A DNA stretch of 64,000 nucleotides, from positions 93,374,001 to 93,438,000 of the forward strand of contig NC_058368.1 in the NCBI RefSeq assembly GCF_018350175.1, in the 5' to 3' direction. This document shows, in pieces, positions 26,637 to 40,062 of the stretch (position 1 is the first letter of the stretch; every line of letters begins with the position of its first letter). Source of the DNA: Felis catus. Its lineage: Eukaryota. The notes beneath the pieces were generated by a model that saw only the letters and a program-made list of their open reading frames with translations, was not told the origin of the DNA and made no database searches. Both the position numbers and the translations under genes were made by a program.

Positions 26637-26776
26637 GCGCAAAAGAGAATCCCAAGCAGGCTTCACACCAGCAATGCAAAGCCTGATGTGGGGCTCGAAC
26701 TCACAAACCGTAAAATCGTGACCTGAGCTGAAATCAAGAGTCAGATGCTTAACCAAATGAGCAACGCAGGCGCCCC
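26554..26776 (-). mobile_element. CanSINE
   Basis: Reverse SINE; TSD atcactaatt. Confidence 0.92.
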
Positions 26777-27019
26777 CCACATATCACTAATTAGCCAACA
26801 CCCTGAACATTGCTGTGCCACAGTCTCACCTCTAGGATGAGCAGTCTGAGTCTTGTTAAGTTTCCTTAACAGCTCTAACCTTCCAGATTTTCCACTCCAA
26901 TGTTTCACTGCCATTAAAAGGAAGGAAGGAATGGTGTGCTCCCTCTCTGTCCCTTTCCTTATCTTCCCCCATTGGCTGGCATTGCTAGTTTGTTCCCCGT
27001 GTGTATTAACTCTAGGGAC

Positions 27020-27020
27020 T

Positions 27021-27055
<35 letters not shown>

Positions 27056-27057
27056 TT
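27020..27057 (+). repeat. (TTTA)n microsatellite
   Basis: About 9 units. Confidence 0.9.
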
Positions 27058-27994
27058 TGCCTACCTAACTAGCCTAAAAAGTCCAAGTTCTGCTAAATAA
27101 TAAGACTTAAATGTGTCCCTCTGTCCCCTTTGTTTCCACCTCCACCAACGTCATTTTTACTTCCGCATCAAACTCCACCAGTGTTCTTGAGGACTTTTAC
27201 TTTTCTTCCTTCCCAATCCTCAATATATAATTACACAGCAACAAATAATCTCTCATGTGCTATTTGATGTTTTTCGTTCTCATGAGAGAACCCCTTTGCC
27301 TCCTGCATTGATTTCATATGCTCAATAAAGGGTTCTCAACCGGCCCCCTAAGTACACGGCTCTCAGGTTACCTCCAGGCTCCTACCATTTTAAATTTGTA
27401 GACAGAAACAAATAATGATAAGCAACCTTGAAATAACGGCTGCTGTTTCTCTCAGATACCTAAACTCTGAAAAGGTCATAGAAAGTTAGTTGCTGCTTAT
27501 TAACATCTAATAACTTGTGTTATTCCCATAGGCAGAAACAAACAAACAAAAAAAGCAATTGCAATTTGACAGTGACATAAACACCTGTCTGGCTAATGAA
27601 TTCCTTGCCAAGTGCATGCTCCAAAAGAGAAAGCAATGTCACCTTTAACATAAGCGATTTTTCCTAGAATGCTCGAATTACACCAGGGGAAAGTCAGATC
27701 TGTGAAAAGCATAAAGGAGAAATTATTGGAGCTATGTCTCTGGGAATGTTAAAATGGAAACTATCATGTCATTTTGGTTCACCGTATTGTGTTTCCCATC
27801 TTTTTCATGGAAAAACGTGGTGCCAATGCCCATCAAACTTCCCAAGAACCCTCAGATCCAGTAACTCATGCATTTCCATCAATGCACAAGAAAGTACTCT
27901 CTTTGCTAATCCTAGGAGAACTACCCCAATAATACAGAAGTACATCCTCGAGACTGAAATAGCCAGGATCTCAAAGTTGCTACATATCACTGCT

Positions 27995-28355
27995 AAGAAA
28001 AGAGACTTCCCCTATGTTCATCTGTATTGTTTATTAAATTTCACATATGAGTGAAACACAGATAAATGTCTATCTGATTGACTTATTTCACTTAGCAAAA
28101 CACCCTCTAGTTCCATCCACATTGTTGCAAAAGGCAAGATTTCATTCCTTTTGATCGCCAAGTGGTATTCCATTGTATATAAACACCATGTGGGTTAAAC
28201 GGGTGATGGGCCTTAAGGAGGGCACTTGTTGGGATGAGCACTGGGTATTGTATGTAAGTGATGAATCACTGGGTTCTACTCTAGAAACCAATACTACACT
28301 CCATGTTAACTAACTTGAATTTGAATAATTAAATTTAAAGAAAACAGACTTCCCC
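27995..28355 (+). mobile_element. 5'-inverted (twin-primed) carnivore L1 3' fragment
   Basis: Left part antisense L1 3'UTR, right part sense with A-rich tail; 18-bp TSD aagaaaa(g/c)agacttcccc. Confidence 0.85.
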
Positions 28356-29140
28356 AAAGCTGATGTATGCTAAGTATATTGTATGCTGAGATGCTGTCAT
28401 GATATACCACACAATGAATTGCAAGAAACATTTTAAAACTCCATATCTAACTAAACCCCATGGCACATTAACTCCAGTTCTGGCATTAGAACCACAATAT
28501 CCTTGGTTTAGGGAAGATGATGGGGACCTGGAGGGTCATACAATGCTTAATATAAAGCCAACCAACACTTAAAGACCTAAGACTTAGGCACCTGTGTATG
28601 GAAGATGCTGTTCCGAATCCCATAAAGACTGAAATTCAGTCCTATGGAAGCAGTCTATGAGCAAGAGGTCTGAAGGACCCATGGAAGATCAGAGAATGGT
28701 TTCCTAGATCACCTGCCTGGAATTCTATCAACTACAAAGGAAATCATATAAGCTTCTCAAATTAGTTTTAGTATTTCAAAAATTCCGGTGGATGTCATAC
28801 ATACAACTGTGGTGAAATGACACCAACCAATTTGGCTTTCTTTTCTTGTCGTTGCTTTTGTTATTGGCTAGAATGTCAAACCAAAAAAGGAACAGTGATA
28901 ATGTCACGATATGATGAATGCAGCACTCCATACATCAGGTTGGCAGATGACATATTTCAAACCAAAGGGGCATAGAGAAAAAGTTTTAAGAAGCTCCATC
29001 ACTGAAAAAGTCCTAACTAGTTTGTGAGTAAAATTAATTGGCTCTAGCTTTGTCCCAGCTGGGAGTCGGGAACCGGAGCAAACATATCTATCGTGGGGTA
29101 CCTCTCTGCTCTCCATTTTCCTTGCCAGTGCCCTCCCCAA

Positions 29141-29142
<2 letters not shown>

Positions 29143-29175
<33 letters not shown>
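29143..29175 (+). repeat. (CA)n microsatellite
   Basis: Direct reading. Confidence 0.95.
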
Positions 29176-29179
<4 letters not shown>

Positions 29180-29456
29180 TGCATGCTAACACACACACCA
29201 AATAAGACAGCATGATCCTGGAGATAATCAGATGGTGATTGAAGGAAGTAGTTTTTGCCTGATTCTCCTCCTCTCCCAAACTGCCTACAGGGCAGAAGGG
29301 CTGCAGATAGAGGAGGCTCCTAAAAGTTTCCATCAGAACCTTGACAATGCCCAAACCACAGCATTCGGGATGCCCCTGTGCCAGGCAAAAACGGCCTCTG
29401 TGTGCAGGTCTGCCTCTGAAGGGAATTCTGTGGGTGAGTTGGAAGAGTAGAGACAA

Positions 29457-29513
29457 ATATATATATGTATATATATATATTTATATATACATATATATAT
29501 ATACATATATATA
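29457..29513 (+). repeat. Imperfect (AT)n microsatellite
   Basis: Direct reading. Confidence 0.9.
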
Positions 29514-30203
29514 TCCCTTCTTTAAAATGAAATCTGCACATGTGAGGCCAAGATGGGACTACTCTAGCATCAGAATGGCCTTCCAGAAGCTTCTATTAGA
29601 GCAAGCCTTCAAAAATTTGAGCTGACAGAAGCTGACGTAGTTGCATTTTGAAGAACTGTTATTTTCCATGCAGAACATCTTATCCTTGGGTGCAGGTGGA
29701 CCAGCCATTGGAATTTTGCTGCATCTTTACACAGACCTTATTGGTGGTGATGTCTGGAGAAGATTTCATTTTCTTTTCACTTTGCAAAAATATTAAGACC
29801 GGACATGAAATGTTCCTCAGTTCGGTAAGCGGTGTGGCCCCTTCAGACTCCCCAAGAGGGTGTTTTTTAAGGGGAAGAACAGAGCCACTCAAAGATTTCT
29901 CTAATCGCCTGGCCTAATTACAAAGAGGAGTAAATCACTCAACATTACGCCTTAAATATAATAAAAAGAATAATTTAGCAATCCAACAGGAAGCTGCTCC
30001 CTCAGCAGGATAACGACATATTAGCTTACGTGTAGAAAATGCTCACGCCATCATCCTGATCACCCTTATATATTATTCATAGGTCATATTAAGCATGTGG
30101 GGGAGTTTTACAGGACACATACATACACTATTCAGGTGCCCACATGGGCCTTACTCAGCTAATACTGGCCCAAGAATCATGGGACTTAGGAAATGCCTGG
30201 TTC

Positions 30204-30419
30204 TTTTTAATTTTTTAATGTTTCTTTATTTTTGAGAGAGAGACAGACAGAGTGCAAGCAGGGGAGGGGCAGAGAGAGAGGGAGACACACGATCTGAAGC
30301 AGGCTCCAGGCTCTGAGCTGTCAATACAGAGCCCAACGCAGGGCTCAAACTCACAAACTGTGAGATCATGACCTGAGCGGAAGTTGGATGCTTAACCGGC
30401 TGAGTCACCTAGGTGCCCC
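30204..30419 (-). mobile_element. CanSINE
   Basis: Reverse SINE. Confidence 0.93.
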
Positions 30420-30959
30420 AGAAAATGCCTACTGAATTCAGTTGAGCCAGGGACATTTGTCATTCTCAAGAACAGGATGCTGTTCGGAATTCAAAACCCT
30501 TTTCAAACAAGACTAGATTCCCATCCCACCCCCCTTCCAAGTCAAGTCCTGCTATTTATACAACCACTGACCCATGACCCACCCTTCTGTAAGCCCAATA
30601 CCCTTCATGAGTAGCCACCCCCCCCCCACTCCAGCCCCTTCCCCAGTTATGACAGAACCTCTCTGCACAGTTTCCACCTCCTGGAAACACTGACAGTTCT
30701 CAACACTACCTCCCACTCTGTGGAGAGTTTGCCCCAACTGATTAAAGCCTGGGGTGAATGAAGCCAAAGCCAAGAGTCCTATTTGAACCAATTTGATCTA
30801 CTACGTGCCATGCTAAGTGACTGCTCTTGCCTCCAGTCCCCAGCTAGTCAACTCATGAAAATGATCAAGGGTGAAGTGGGCAGAGAAAGAGTAAAGTACC
30901 CGAGGAGCCAATCTGTGTCTTATCTTCATCTAAGGCAGTGTTAAAAGTTTAAAGGACTC

Positions 30960-31179
30960 GGGGCGCCTGGGTGGCGCAGTCGGTTAAGAGTCCGACTTCA
31001 GGCAGGTCACGATCTCGCGGTCCGGGAGTTCGAGCCCCGCGTCAGGCTCTGGGCTGATGGCTCAGAGCCTGGAGCCTGTTTCCGATTCTGTGTCTCCCTC
31101 TCTCTCTGCCCCTCCCCCGTTCATGCTCTGTCTCTGTCCCAAAAATAAATAAACGTTGAAAAAAAAATTAAAAAAAAAA
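30960..31179 (+). mobile_element. Young SINEC_Fc
   Basis: CpG-rich; perfect 17-bp TSD aaaagtttaaaggactc (30943-30959, 31180-31196). Confidence 0.97.
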
Positions 31180-32327
31180 AAAAGTTTAAAGGACTCTCTT
31201 CCCAAGAGGAAACTTCCTCTGTTCTGCAATCCTATCCCTGGATATCAGCAGATAAAATTTATTTGCCAAATATTTATTTGCCAAAGCTCAGCCTCTATCT
31301 TCTCCAAGTCCTTGAAGGGGCAGGTCTTGAAGGATCCATCCTTCAGATTCAGGCAGCCCCAATCCTGGATCCAGTCACCAGGGCCAACCCAAAGGGGTTT
31401 GATCCATTACCAGTAGTCACATTGAGATGGCTGTGCTTTTCTTCCTTCATCCTGTCAAGTGGACCCCCTCAGCCTAGGCACAGCAGGAAGGTCAATCCTT
31501 TCTGTGGCCCATCAGCCAAGGTCTGCTTAGTCTTAGGGTCACAGGCACTGCTGCCTCCTCTGGGCAGCCTGCTGCCCTTTCTAGAGCCTGAACCCAATCT
31601 GGGTCACAGTTCATCTGGGTGGGTCTGGACACCGTGCCTCGGTGTGATCTTTTGGAACCTTCTCTCCGGATAGGATGCCACCCTCCAAGCTGAAGGCAGA
31701 GCACCCCACAGCTGGCCTGGTATCCTGGTTTACAACCACTCCTGCACCTCCTCTGGTATCCCATCCCCCATTGTGCATGTGGGGTTATGGTAGTCTGGGG
31801 CTCTGTAACTGGACTCACCCCCTCCAAGCCCCCACACACCTTAAGTTGCCAGGGACCCACATGCCTCACACCTGAGCTACCACAGAAGGGCTAATACTAC
31901 CAACTTTACTTTGCCAAACTGCAGAATTAGAGAGCAGCTGAATAAGCACATGTTTTAAAATGGTAATGAGGGGATGTTTGAAAGGAAAGTAGACAGGAAC
32001 AGTTGGCGGAATAGTCCCTTCCATGAGGGTAAACTGGTGTCGTCCTGATGCCTGATTTTACTTTCTAATCCACCTCACTCTTCTGTACTGTGTGTTCTAG
32101 GGCCTAATGATTTCTTTTCAAGTTACCTGAAAGCAAATGGCACTGTGAACCACTTAATTTAGGGCTGAGAAAACACGGACCCATGAGAAAACCTTTCGCG
32201 GAGGACACACGGTGAAAACAAGTTCTGACGGCTCTTGGGTCTGCTCAGGGGAAATTAGAATCTATAAAATGATATTCTCACCCTGGGCCTGGGTCATGCC
32301 AAAGCCCCAGGGCTGGCTGGACCTTAC

Positions 32328-32436
32328 CTCTTGCTACTAATCCTCCACAATCTTGCTGATGTTCCTCCAGCCTGGACCCCTATCTCCTGGGGACCACCAT
32401 GCAGGTCTGCAAATGCTCCTCTGGCCACTTCCCATC
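32328..32436 (-). other. Candidate 109-nt exon
   Basis: Acceptor ctcttgcttttatccag, donor GAG|gtaagg; no recognised homology. Confidence 0.25.
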
Positions 32437-33314
32437 CTGGATAAAAGCAAGAGCAATCACCAAATACTTCCCTGTGGCACAGCCCTTCCACAGGAAGCCC
32501 GGAATGTGCTTGATTCCTACCCTGGGGAGAAGATTGTAAAGGATTCCTTTCATTTGCAAAGACAAGCTTCTGGCCCGTGATGCTTTCTTTATGACAGGCC
32601 CAGAGCTAGTACAGATTGCCTTAAGGAAAAGACTCAATAGATGATCAATAAAGACAATGTCTCACAGGCAAGGCAGAAAAATGTCTCTGTTCATTCCCAA
32701 ATGATACTTTTATACAGCACCTCACCATGAAAGCACGTTGGTGGGTATTGTTGGGTCATTTTATTGTCACAGACCCTCAACAACCATAACTAGACCAATC
32801 AATATGGTGCCATCTACTCAACAGGTGAGGAAATGGGGGCCCAGGGGAGTCCAATGGGTTTACTCATGCTCACACAGCTGATGAGTGACAGAGCCAGGTC
32901 TACCTGATCTCCACTAAAGAAAGAGAGAGAAAAGTCTCAGAAGTAAACCATAACACAGAGATCAAAGAATGAAAAGCAAGATTTATGTAGGCGTTTGAAT
33001 ATAGTTCTGGGCAGGGCTGTTGGGAGGTCTAGCGAAGCCTGGGCCACTTCCATACCTGTATTTTAATGATTTAGTTGATTACATATACACACACATATAC
33101 ATACACATGTACATTTTTGATACAATGACACAAAATACAACTGAAGTCCATTTGGCTTTAAATATGGAGTGTGCCTGAAAGCGATCCAGGCAAGCTTCCC
33201 CCCCTATGGCTTATCCTATTATCACACTCCTGCTTCTTGATCAGCCCTCACCTTGGGATGTTCCTTAAGTCATTTTCATTAAGAACCAAATGATAGTTTT
33301 TTGTCCACCCCCAC

Positions 33315-33529
33315 TTTTCTTTTTAATTTTTTTTTAACGTTTATTTATTTTTGAAAGAGAGAGAGCAAGCAGGGGAGGGGCAGAGAGAGAGGGAGAGACA
33401 GAATCAAAGCAGGCTCCAGGCTCCGAGCTGTCAGCACAGAGCCGGACGCCGGGCTCAAACCCACAAACCTTGAGATCACGACCTGAGCCGAAGTCAGACG
33501 CTTCACTGACTGAGCCACCCAGGCACCCC
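33315..33529 (-). mobile_element. CanSINE
   Basis: Reverse SINE; TSD tgtccacccccactttt. Confidence 0.95.
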
Positions 33530-33559
33530 TGTCCACCCCCACTTTTGACAGGTGGTCAA

Positions 33560-34610
33560 TTTTAGCCTTTCCCAGCAGCGGGAGAGGGAAGGCGTGGCTT
33601 TGTTTTTAACCATTTGCTCTACTGATCAAGGAAGGCGAAACCAGGAGAGCAGACGGGTGGGGATCCACGGGGCTCTGGGGAGACTGCAAGCTGCAGAGCG
33701 GTCATCCATCACGGAGCCACCGGGCCTGGCCTGCACCCTTGCTGGGCCACGTAACACGGATGCAGCTGGACCCTTGGAAGCTGGGACGGGGCCCGGAGGT
33801 GCCCCGCCACCCACAGGCTCCTGGCCGGCCCTCGCAACTGTTTCATTTACTGTTTGGGACAATTCTCCGCAGGGCTCAGGAAAGCGCATGCTGCTTCCAC
33901 GCTGGCTCTGCTTCCCCTTCCAAGCCCTAATGAGGTGGGATAATGGATGCAGGGAAGTGTGCAAATGCAAATCAATATGGAACATATGCTCCAGCTCCCG
34001 CCCTTACCTCCGAGCCAGGCTGCAGAGCAAAGGCAATGCTTCCGAAACCTTTCTAGACCTGGGCTCCTTACGGGCCCCTGAAGAATACAAAAACGGTGAT
34101 GTTACGGCCGCCTGGCCCTCTGCGGCCCTGGCCCAGAAGGCAAAGTGCCAACTGTGATCGCTCCTCAGGAATGGCTCTCCCGCTCACTTGTCTTCATCCG
34201 ACAACACAAAACACCACCAATGAGAGAAGGAAAAAGGGAAATCTGGCACTGAGATACCCCATTCCCCTTCTGCAAAGGTCCAACACCCCCCCCCCCCCCG
34301 CCAGCAGCCCTGGGGGCATGGAGAGGCAGTCCCTGGCCTGAAGAGAAAGGAAGGCCGGACCTCCCAGCCAGGCCTCCTGGCTCCTGCATTTTGGCTCAAG
34401 GATCCCAGGCACAGGGCCAGGCAGAGCTGGGCCTTCCGCCCGAGCCATTGCGTCAGTGGACTCAGCGGGCTGCGCTGCTGGCCAGGGAGGTCTTCGCTTT
34501 GCTTTCCGGAGTCCAGGGGATGGAGAAGCTGGCACGATACTCCCCTTGCTTGCCAGATCCCCTTTACAGGGAGCTTGCGACAGGTCCTTTCGGAGCTCAT
34601 GTGAGGCTCT
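33560..34610. promoter_or_regulatory. GC/CpG-enriched unique block (candidate enhancer or weak CpG island)
   Basis: About 40 CpGs in ~1.05 kb by manual count, far above flanks; no recognised repeat. Confidence 0.45.
34008..34077 (-). other. Candidate 70-nt exon (or 12-nt microexon 34008-34019)
   Basis: Acceptor tttttgtattcttcag (internal alternative ttgcctttgctctgcag), donor GAG|gtaagg. Confidence 0.25.
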
Positions 34611-35369
34611 GAATGAAAAGACACCAGCCTTTGTATTTGGCTACCTGCTCAGTGCCCTGTCCTCACCTCCATCCAGCCTGGTCCACATCCCCATTTTACA
34701 CAGGAGGAAACTGGGAGACTCCAGGTTTCAAGCAAACCCGAGGCCTGCCAGCCTCCAAAACCAGTGCTCTTTCCACTGGACGATGAAGCATTTCACGTCA
34801 TACCTCCTGGCTACAGTCAAGACAGAGGTCAACCAAGCGCTCAGGAACCAAAAGTCTCTGAGTCATTAGGCAGCAAGGCTGATGCAGTTCCCTCTAATGT
34901 CCACCTGTCCTCCTCCTAGATCTCAAGTGTTTTGAAGGTGATCACAAGGCCTCTCCCAGTTTGTCTGTAGACCCCTATTCCAAAATGGAAATGGCATACG
35001 GGCGTGACCTCAACAAGTGCCAAAGTCTTTCAATACGAGGCCAACTCCTGTTTGTTGAGAATGCTCAGCAAAGGGGTAGGGGATGCTCACAGTGCTACCA
35101 CTTTGGTACACAGGATTTGAACCCAATACCTCTTACTACAGCCAACTCACGTGCACAGGGCAGATGGGGAACCTAGTGGGTTAAGCCTCATGTTCCTCCT
35201 CCTGAAATGCGATGATTATAGCGTCTACCCTACAGGGCTCTCTGGAGGATTAAATATATTAATCCCTGGAAGCAGGCTGCCCTCAGTTCATGCCCCCAAC
35301 TCACCACCTACTAGTTTACAATCTTGGGCATTACCACTCTGGGCCTCAGTTTTGTCAGTTATGAAATGG

Positions 35370-36106
35370 TGGGCACCTGGCTGGCTCAGTCAATACAGCA
35401 GGTGACTCCTGATCTCAAAGTTCTGAGTTCAAGCCCCAGGATAGTCATAGAGCTTACTTAAAAGAATAAATAGGGGTGCCTGGGTGGTTCAGTTGGTTGA
35501 ACATTCAACTCTCGATTTTGGCTTAGGTCATGATCCCAGAGCCAAAGGATTGACCCCCCCATATTGGGCTCTGCACTGAATTTGGAACCTGCTTAAGATT
35601 CCCTCTCTCTCCCTCTGCCCTTTACCCCACTCATGCTTTAAAATAATAATTTTAAAAAATTCAAAAAAAGTTTTTTCAAATAACTATATAAATAATAAAA
35701 TAGGGATGTAAATAAGTTAAGAAAAGAACCTACTATATTTACAAGAGCCTGGGTGGCTCCACTGGTTTAGCATCCAACTCTTGACCTGTGCTCAGGTCTT
35801 TATCTCAGGGTCCTGAGTTCAAGCCCCATGTTGGGTGCCACACTGGCCATGAAGCCTACTTTAAAAAGAAAAAAAAAGGAGGCACCTGGGTGGCTCAGTC
35901 AGTTAAGGGTCTGACTTTGGCTCAGGTCATCATCTCACAGTTCGTGAGTTCGAGCCCCGCGTCGGGCTCTGTGCTGACGGCTCAGAGCCTGGAGCCTGCT
36001 TCAGATTCTGCATCTCCCTCTCTCTCTGCCCTTCCCCACTCATGCTCGCTCGCTCTCTCTCTCTCTCTCTCTTAAAAATAAGTAAAAAAAAGAAAAAGAA
36101 AAAAAG
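35370..36106 (+). mobile_element. Tandem cluster of four CanSINEs (short, long, short, long) inside a MIR
   Basis: Heads at ~35370, 35473, 35745, 35879; MIR sequence left (35300-35369) and right (36130-36240). Confidence 0.9.
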
Positions 36107-37471
36107 AATTATGAAAAGGAATTAAGCACCGTGCCTCCAATAGAAAGTTGTTATGAGGACTGTATGAATTAATGTTAGGAAATGTTCAGAATGGCTGTGG
36201 CTCAGAGTAGTGTTCTGTGAATTTAAATTAAGTAAACAATGACCACCAAGAACTTAGTGGCACATAGGAGGCACTCCACAATGGTGGCTATATTGATGAG
36301 CAACTTGCAAAGATTTAGAATGTCCTATCTTTAACTCCCTGCAGTAGCCACAGTTCTGATTGTTAATTGAGCCATCTGCTGTTAGATGGTGAGTCAACAG
36401 GCACTCCTCCAAATGTATGGCGGGCACCCAGACGGTGTCATGATTGAGGAGCTCTGGTTCCATGCGCTGCTCCTCTGGGTCTGATGGTCTCTGAGTCAGC
36501 AGGCCTTGCTTCCCCATGAGCTGCAGATAAGTCAGTGACCCTGCGCTGGGGCAGCCATCTGTCTGGCCTGATGTGTGCAGAAGATTCCAGCAACAACACA
36601 GGAACGTATCCTGGATACTCCTGAGAGGACATCCACTCCTTGCCCACTAGCTTGGAACACTGCCCACAGGCCCAGTTGATTTGCCCTCAGGGATGGGTTC
36701 TTTGACCCATTGATAACTCTAATGACTAGTCAAATTCTCTGATCTCATGCCCAGATACAAACATGTTTATTTGGCTAAGAATTCACCATGTGAGCAAAGG
36801 TCATGATCCTGCACTTTGAGTTTTTGGAAAAGAAATGACTGAAGACAGAGACCACGGCTCACCGAGAACATTCCAGGACTAAAGGTCAGCCAGCATGTCT
36901 GCAAACACAGTTTTGGACACACCTGACCTAACAACATCCGTGGGGCCCCAGGCAAGAGTACAAATAGTGTCCCACTGTTAAAAAACTACATTCTGTCTCC
37001 CTACCTTGACAACAACAAGCTGATGAACTAGAGAAGGTCAGATTCACTTAAAATTCTGAGACTCCTCAGAGTTTTGTGCAGGAATAATATCAGAGGAGGA
37101 CAGCCACCCATGGCTCTTGGCTCCATCTGTATCACAAAGGACCTCACGTGCTTCAGTGGGGGCACCACAGACCACATGTCCCAACTCCACCCGCCCTCCT
37201 TTCAAATTGCCACCTGTCATACAGAGCATCACCCCCACAGGACACGTCCAGCCCAGATATAGAATGGGGACTGTTTGTGTAGAGAATTCCAGTAACTTAG
37301 AACCCAAAGCATGTCCTACAAGTGAGCAGAGTGGGCTGAGTGAGGGAGAGTCCCACTGCCCATGCAGATTCTTTGTCCTGTGGGGAGGTACATGGCTAGG
37401 GGAGGCCAGATTGGGGGCCTCTCTCACCCAGGTTCAGATTCTGAGAACTTGATCTCTCTCATTTAAAATAA

Positions 37472-37880
37472 GGGGTGCCTGGGTGGCTTAGTCAGTGGAG
37501 TGTACAACTTTGGCTCGGGTCATGATCTCATGGCCACGTGGGTTTGAGCCTCGTGTCGGGCTCTGTGCTGACAGCTCAGAGCCTGGAGCCTGCTTCGGAT
37601 TCTGTGTCTCCTTCTCCCTCTGCCCCTCCCCCGCTCATGCTCTGTCTCTATCTCTCAAAAATAAATATACGTTAAAAAAATTTTTTTTTAATATTCAGTG
37701 GGGCACCTGGGTGGCTCAGGTGGTTAAGCAACCAACTCTTAGTTTCGGCTTAGGTCATGATCTCATAGTTATGGGTTCGAGCCCTGCATGGGGCTCTGTG
37801 CTGACAGTGTGGAGCATGCTTGGGATTCTCTCTCCCTCCCTCTCTACCTCTCCCTCGCTCACATGCTTTTGTACTCTCAA

Positions 37881-37919
<39 letters not shown>

Positions 37920-38300
37920 ACTTTAAAAATAATAAAAATAAATACAAATAAAATATTCAGTGATGGGGAGACTAGCTGGCTCACTCAGTAGAGCATGCGA
38001 CTCTTGATCTCAGGGTTGTAAGTTCAAGCCCCATGTTGCATGTAGAGATTACTTAAAAATAAAATCTTTAAGGGGCACCTGGGTGGTTCAGTCAGTTAAG
38101 CGTCTGACTTCGGCTCAGATCATGATCTCTTGGTTCGTGAGTTTGAGCCCCGCATCAGGCTCTGTGCTGATAGCTCAGAGCCTGGAGCTGGCTTTGGATT
38201 CTGTGTCTCCCTCTCTCTCTGCCCCTCCCCTGCTCATGCTCAGTCTCTCTCTCTCTCAACAATAAACAAACATTTTTTAAAAATTAAAATAACATAAAAT
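37472..38300 (+). mobile_element. Tandem cluster of four CanSINEs
   Basis: Heads at ~37472, 37699, 37966, 38072; TSDs aatattcagtg and taaaatcttta; (AAAT)n 37879-37920. Confidence 0.92.
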
Positions 38301-39111
38301 CTTTAAAATGCTCAGCTCTGGGTGAACAGTATACTGTATAACCACACTTTCTACCCCAGCCCCACATCACCTTCTTCTCTGCCACTTCCCAGACCTGGAA
38401 CCCTCTGCTTCTCTTCCCCAATAGCTTCCAACAGTGGTACATGACTTGAAGTTCAACACTGCTGGTCCTTGGAAGGTTTGGATTAGCTGAGCCTTCTTGT
38501 GTCTGACAGTCACATCGCCTGCGAGAAACGTGTTTTACAGCACTCTGTGCTACCCCATCACATCTGTTTCAGCAGAACATTGCTATGGAGGGTCTCATTT
38601 CAGGCTTGTTTCCTGCAGTCACCTGGGCTGAGAACCAGGACACTGGACTTTTGCCCTCTACCCCCCCCAACCACCAACCAACCCTAATTACCATAAGTCA
38701 CCCATTTTCCTATGGCTACTGCCCCTTTTTTGTTGCTGCTGTTTTCATTTGGATGTTCCCAAAAAGACAAGTGATGGAGATGCATATGGAAGGGTATTTA
38801 AGTTTAGAATCATAAAGCGAAGCACTTGTTTCTGGTAAGTTGCGCCACGCCATACATTATTCAAGCTGAGAATCTCCCTTGATGACAATCACATTTCCAG
38901 GTCATAAAAACATTCAAGAGAAACACTCCCAGCAAGGAACTGTTTGTGTGGTCGTTTTCTTGTCTGAAAGCGCTTTCTTCTGCACTGTCTTTTCTATCTT
39001 GGCAACTTAGGCCAGCAACTGTGACTGTTCCATCTCTCTTAGGCCAGCAACTGTGGGTCTCTCTGTGGTTCTCACCTCCATTTCCCCATCAGAACCACAA
39101 AGAAAAGGGCT

Positions 39112-40011
39112 AGAGTAGCTCCCAGCTCTTTTTGGTCTCAGCACCCCATTAAACTCAAAAGAATTAGAGGGGAACCCAAAATCTTTGTTTTGGCAGATGA
39201 CATCCATCAATATTTAACACACAAGGATTTAACACAGGGAAGTTTTTTACGTGAGCGCTCGTAAATCCTATGACATGTTAACCCACAAAACATCTTTTTT
39301 TTGGAAAATAACTATTTTCCAAAACAAATTTAAAAATCAGTGAGAAGAAAAAGAAAATTTTAATTGTACAAATCTCTTTAATGTCTGGCTGGATGGGAGA
39401 CAACCAGAGTCTCACATCCACTTCTATATTCAATCTACCATGATATGTTGTTTGGATTGGAGTGTATGAAAAAGACTTAGCCTCACAGAGATCCATAGTT
39501 GGAAAAGGGAAGGATATTTTAATAGCCTTCCCAGAGAATTGCTGGATAGTCATCCATGACGCTATACCAAGCTTCCTACTGGGTAGTGCCTTGACATTGC
39601 AATGCAGAAGCCCTATAATAAACTTTTCAGATCCTATTACATGAACATCCATGGGCCCATCTTGCACTTTAGATGTTGCTTTGACTTCTGTATGACTTTA
39701 TAAAAGCATGCATTGATCACTTGGCAATATATTGGTTCACTGGCATATTTCAGATCCTACAAATGTGGACTTATTACTCTGAACACTAAAAAAAGCATGT
39801 TCATGACTATCACCACCAACCTCATCAGAAAATCATTACATTTGGGGCACCTGGGTGGCTCGGTCAGTTGAGCAACCAACTTCAGCTCAGGTCATGATCT
39901 CACACTTTGTGAGTTTGAGCCCCAAATCAGGCTCTGTGCTGACAGCCCAGAGCCTGGAGCCTGCCTCGGACTCTTTGTCTCCCTCTCTCTCTGCTCCTCC
40001 CCCACTCATGC

Positions 40012-40062
<51 letters not shown>

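Noticed and set aside
33552..34157. Longest ORF (201 aa)
   Set aside because: GTG start, no recognisable domain, and overlapping ORFs on both strands as expected in GC-rich DNA.
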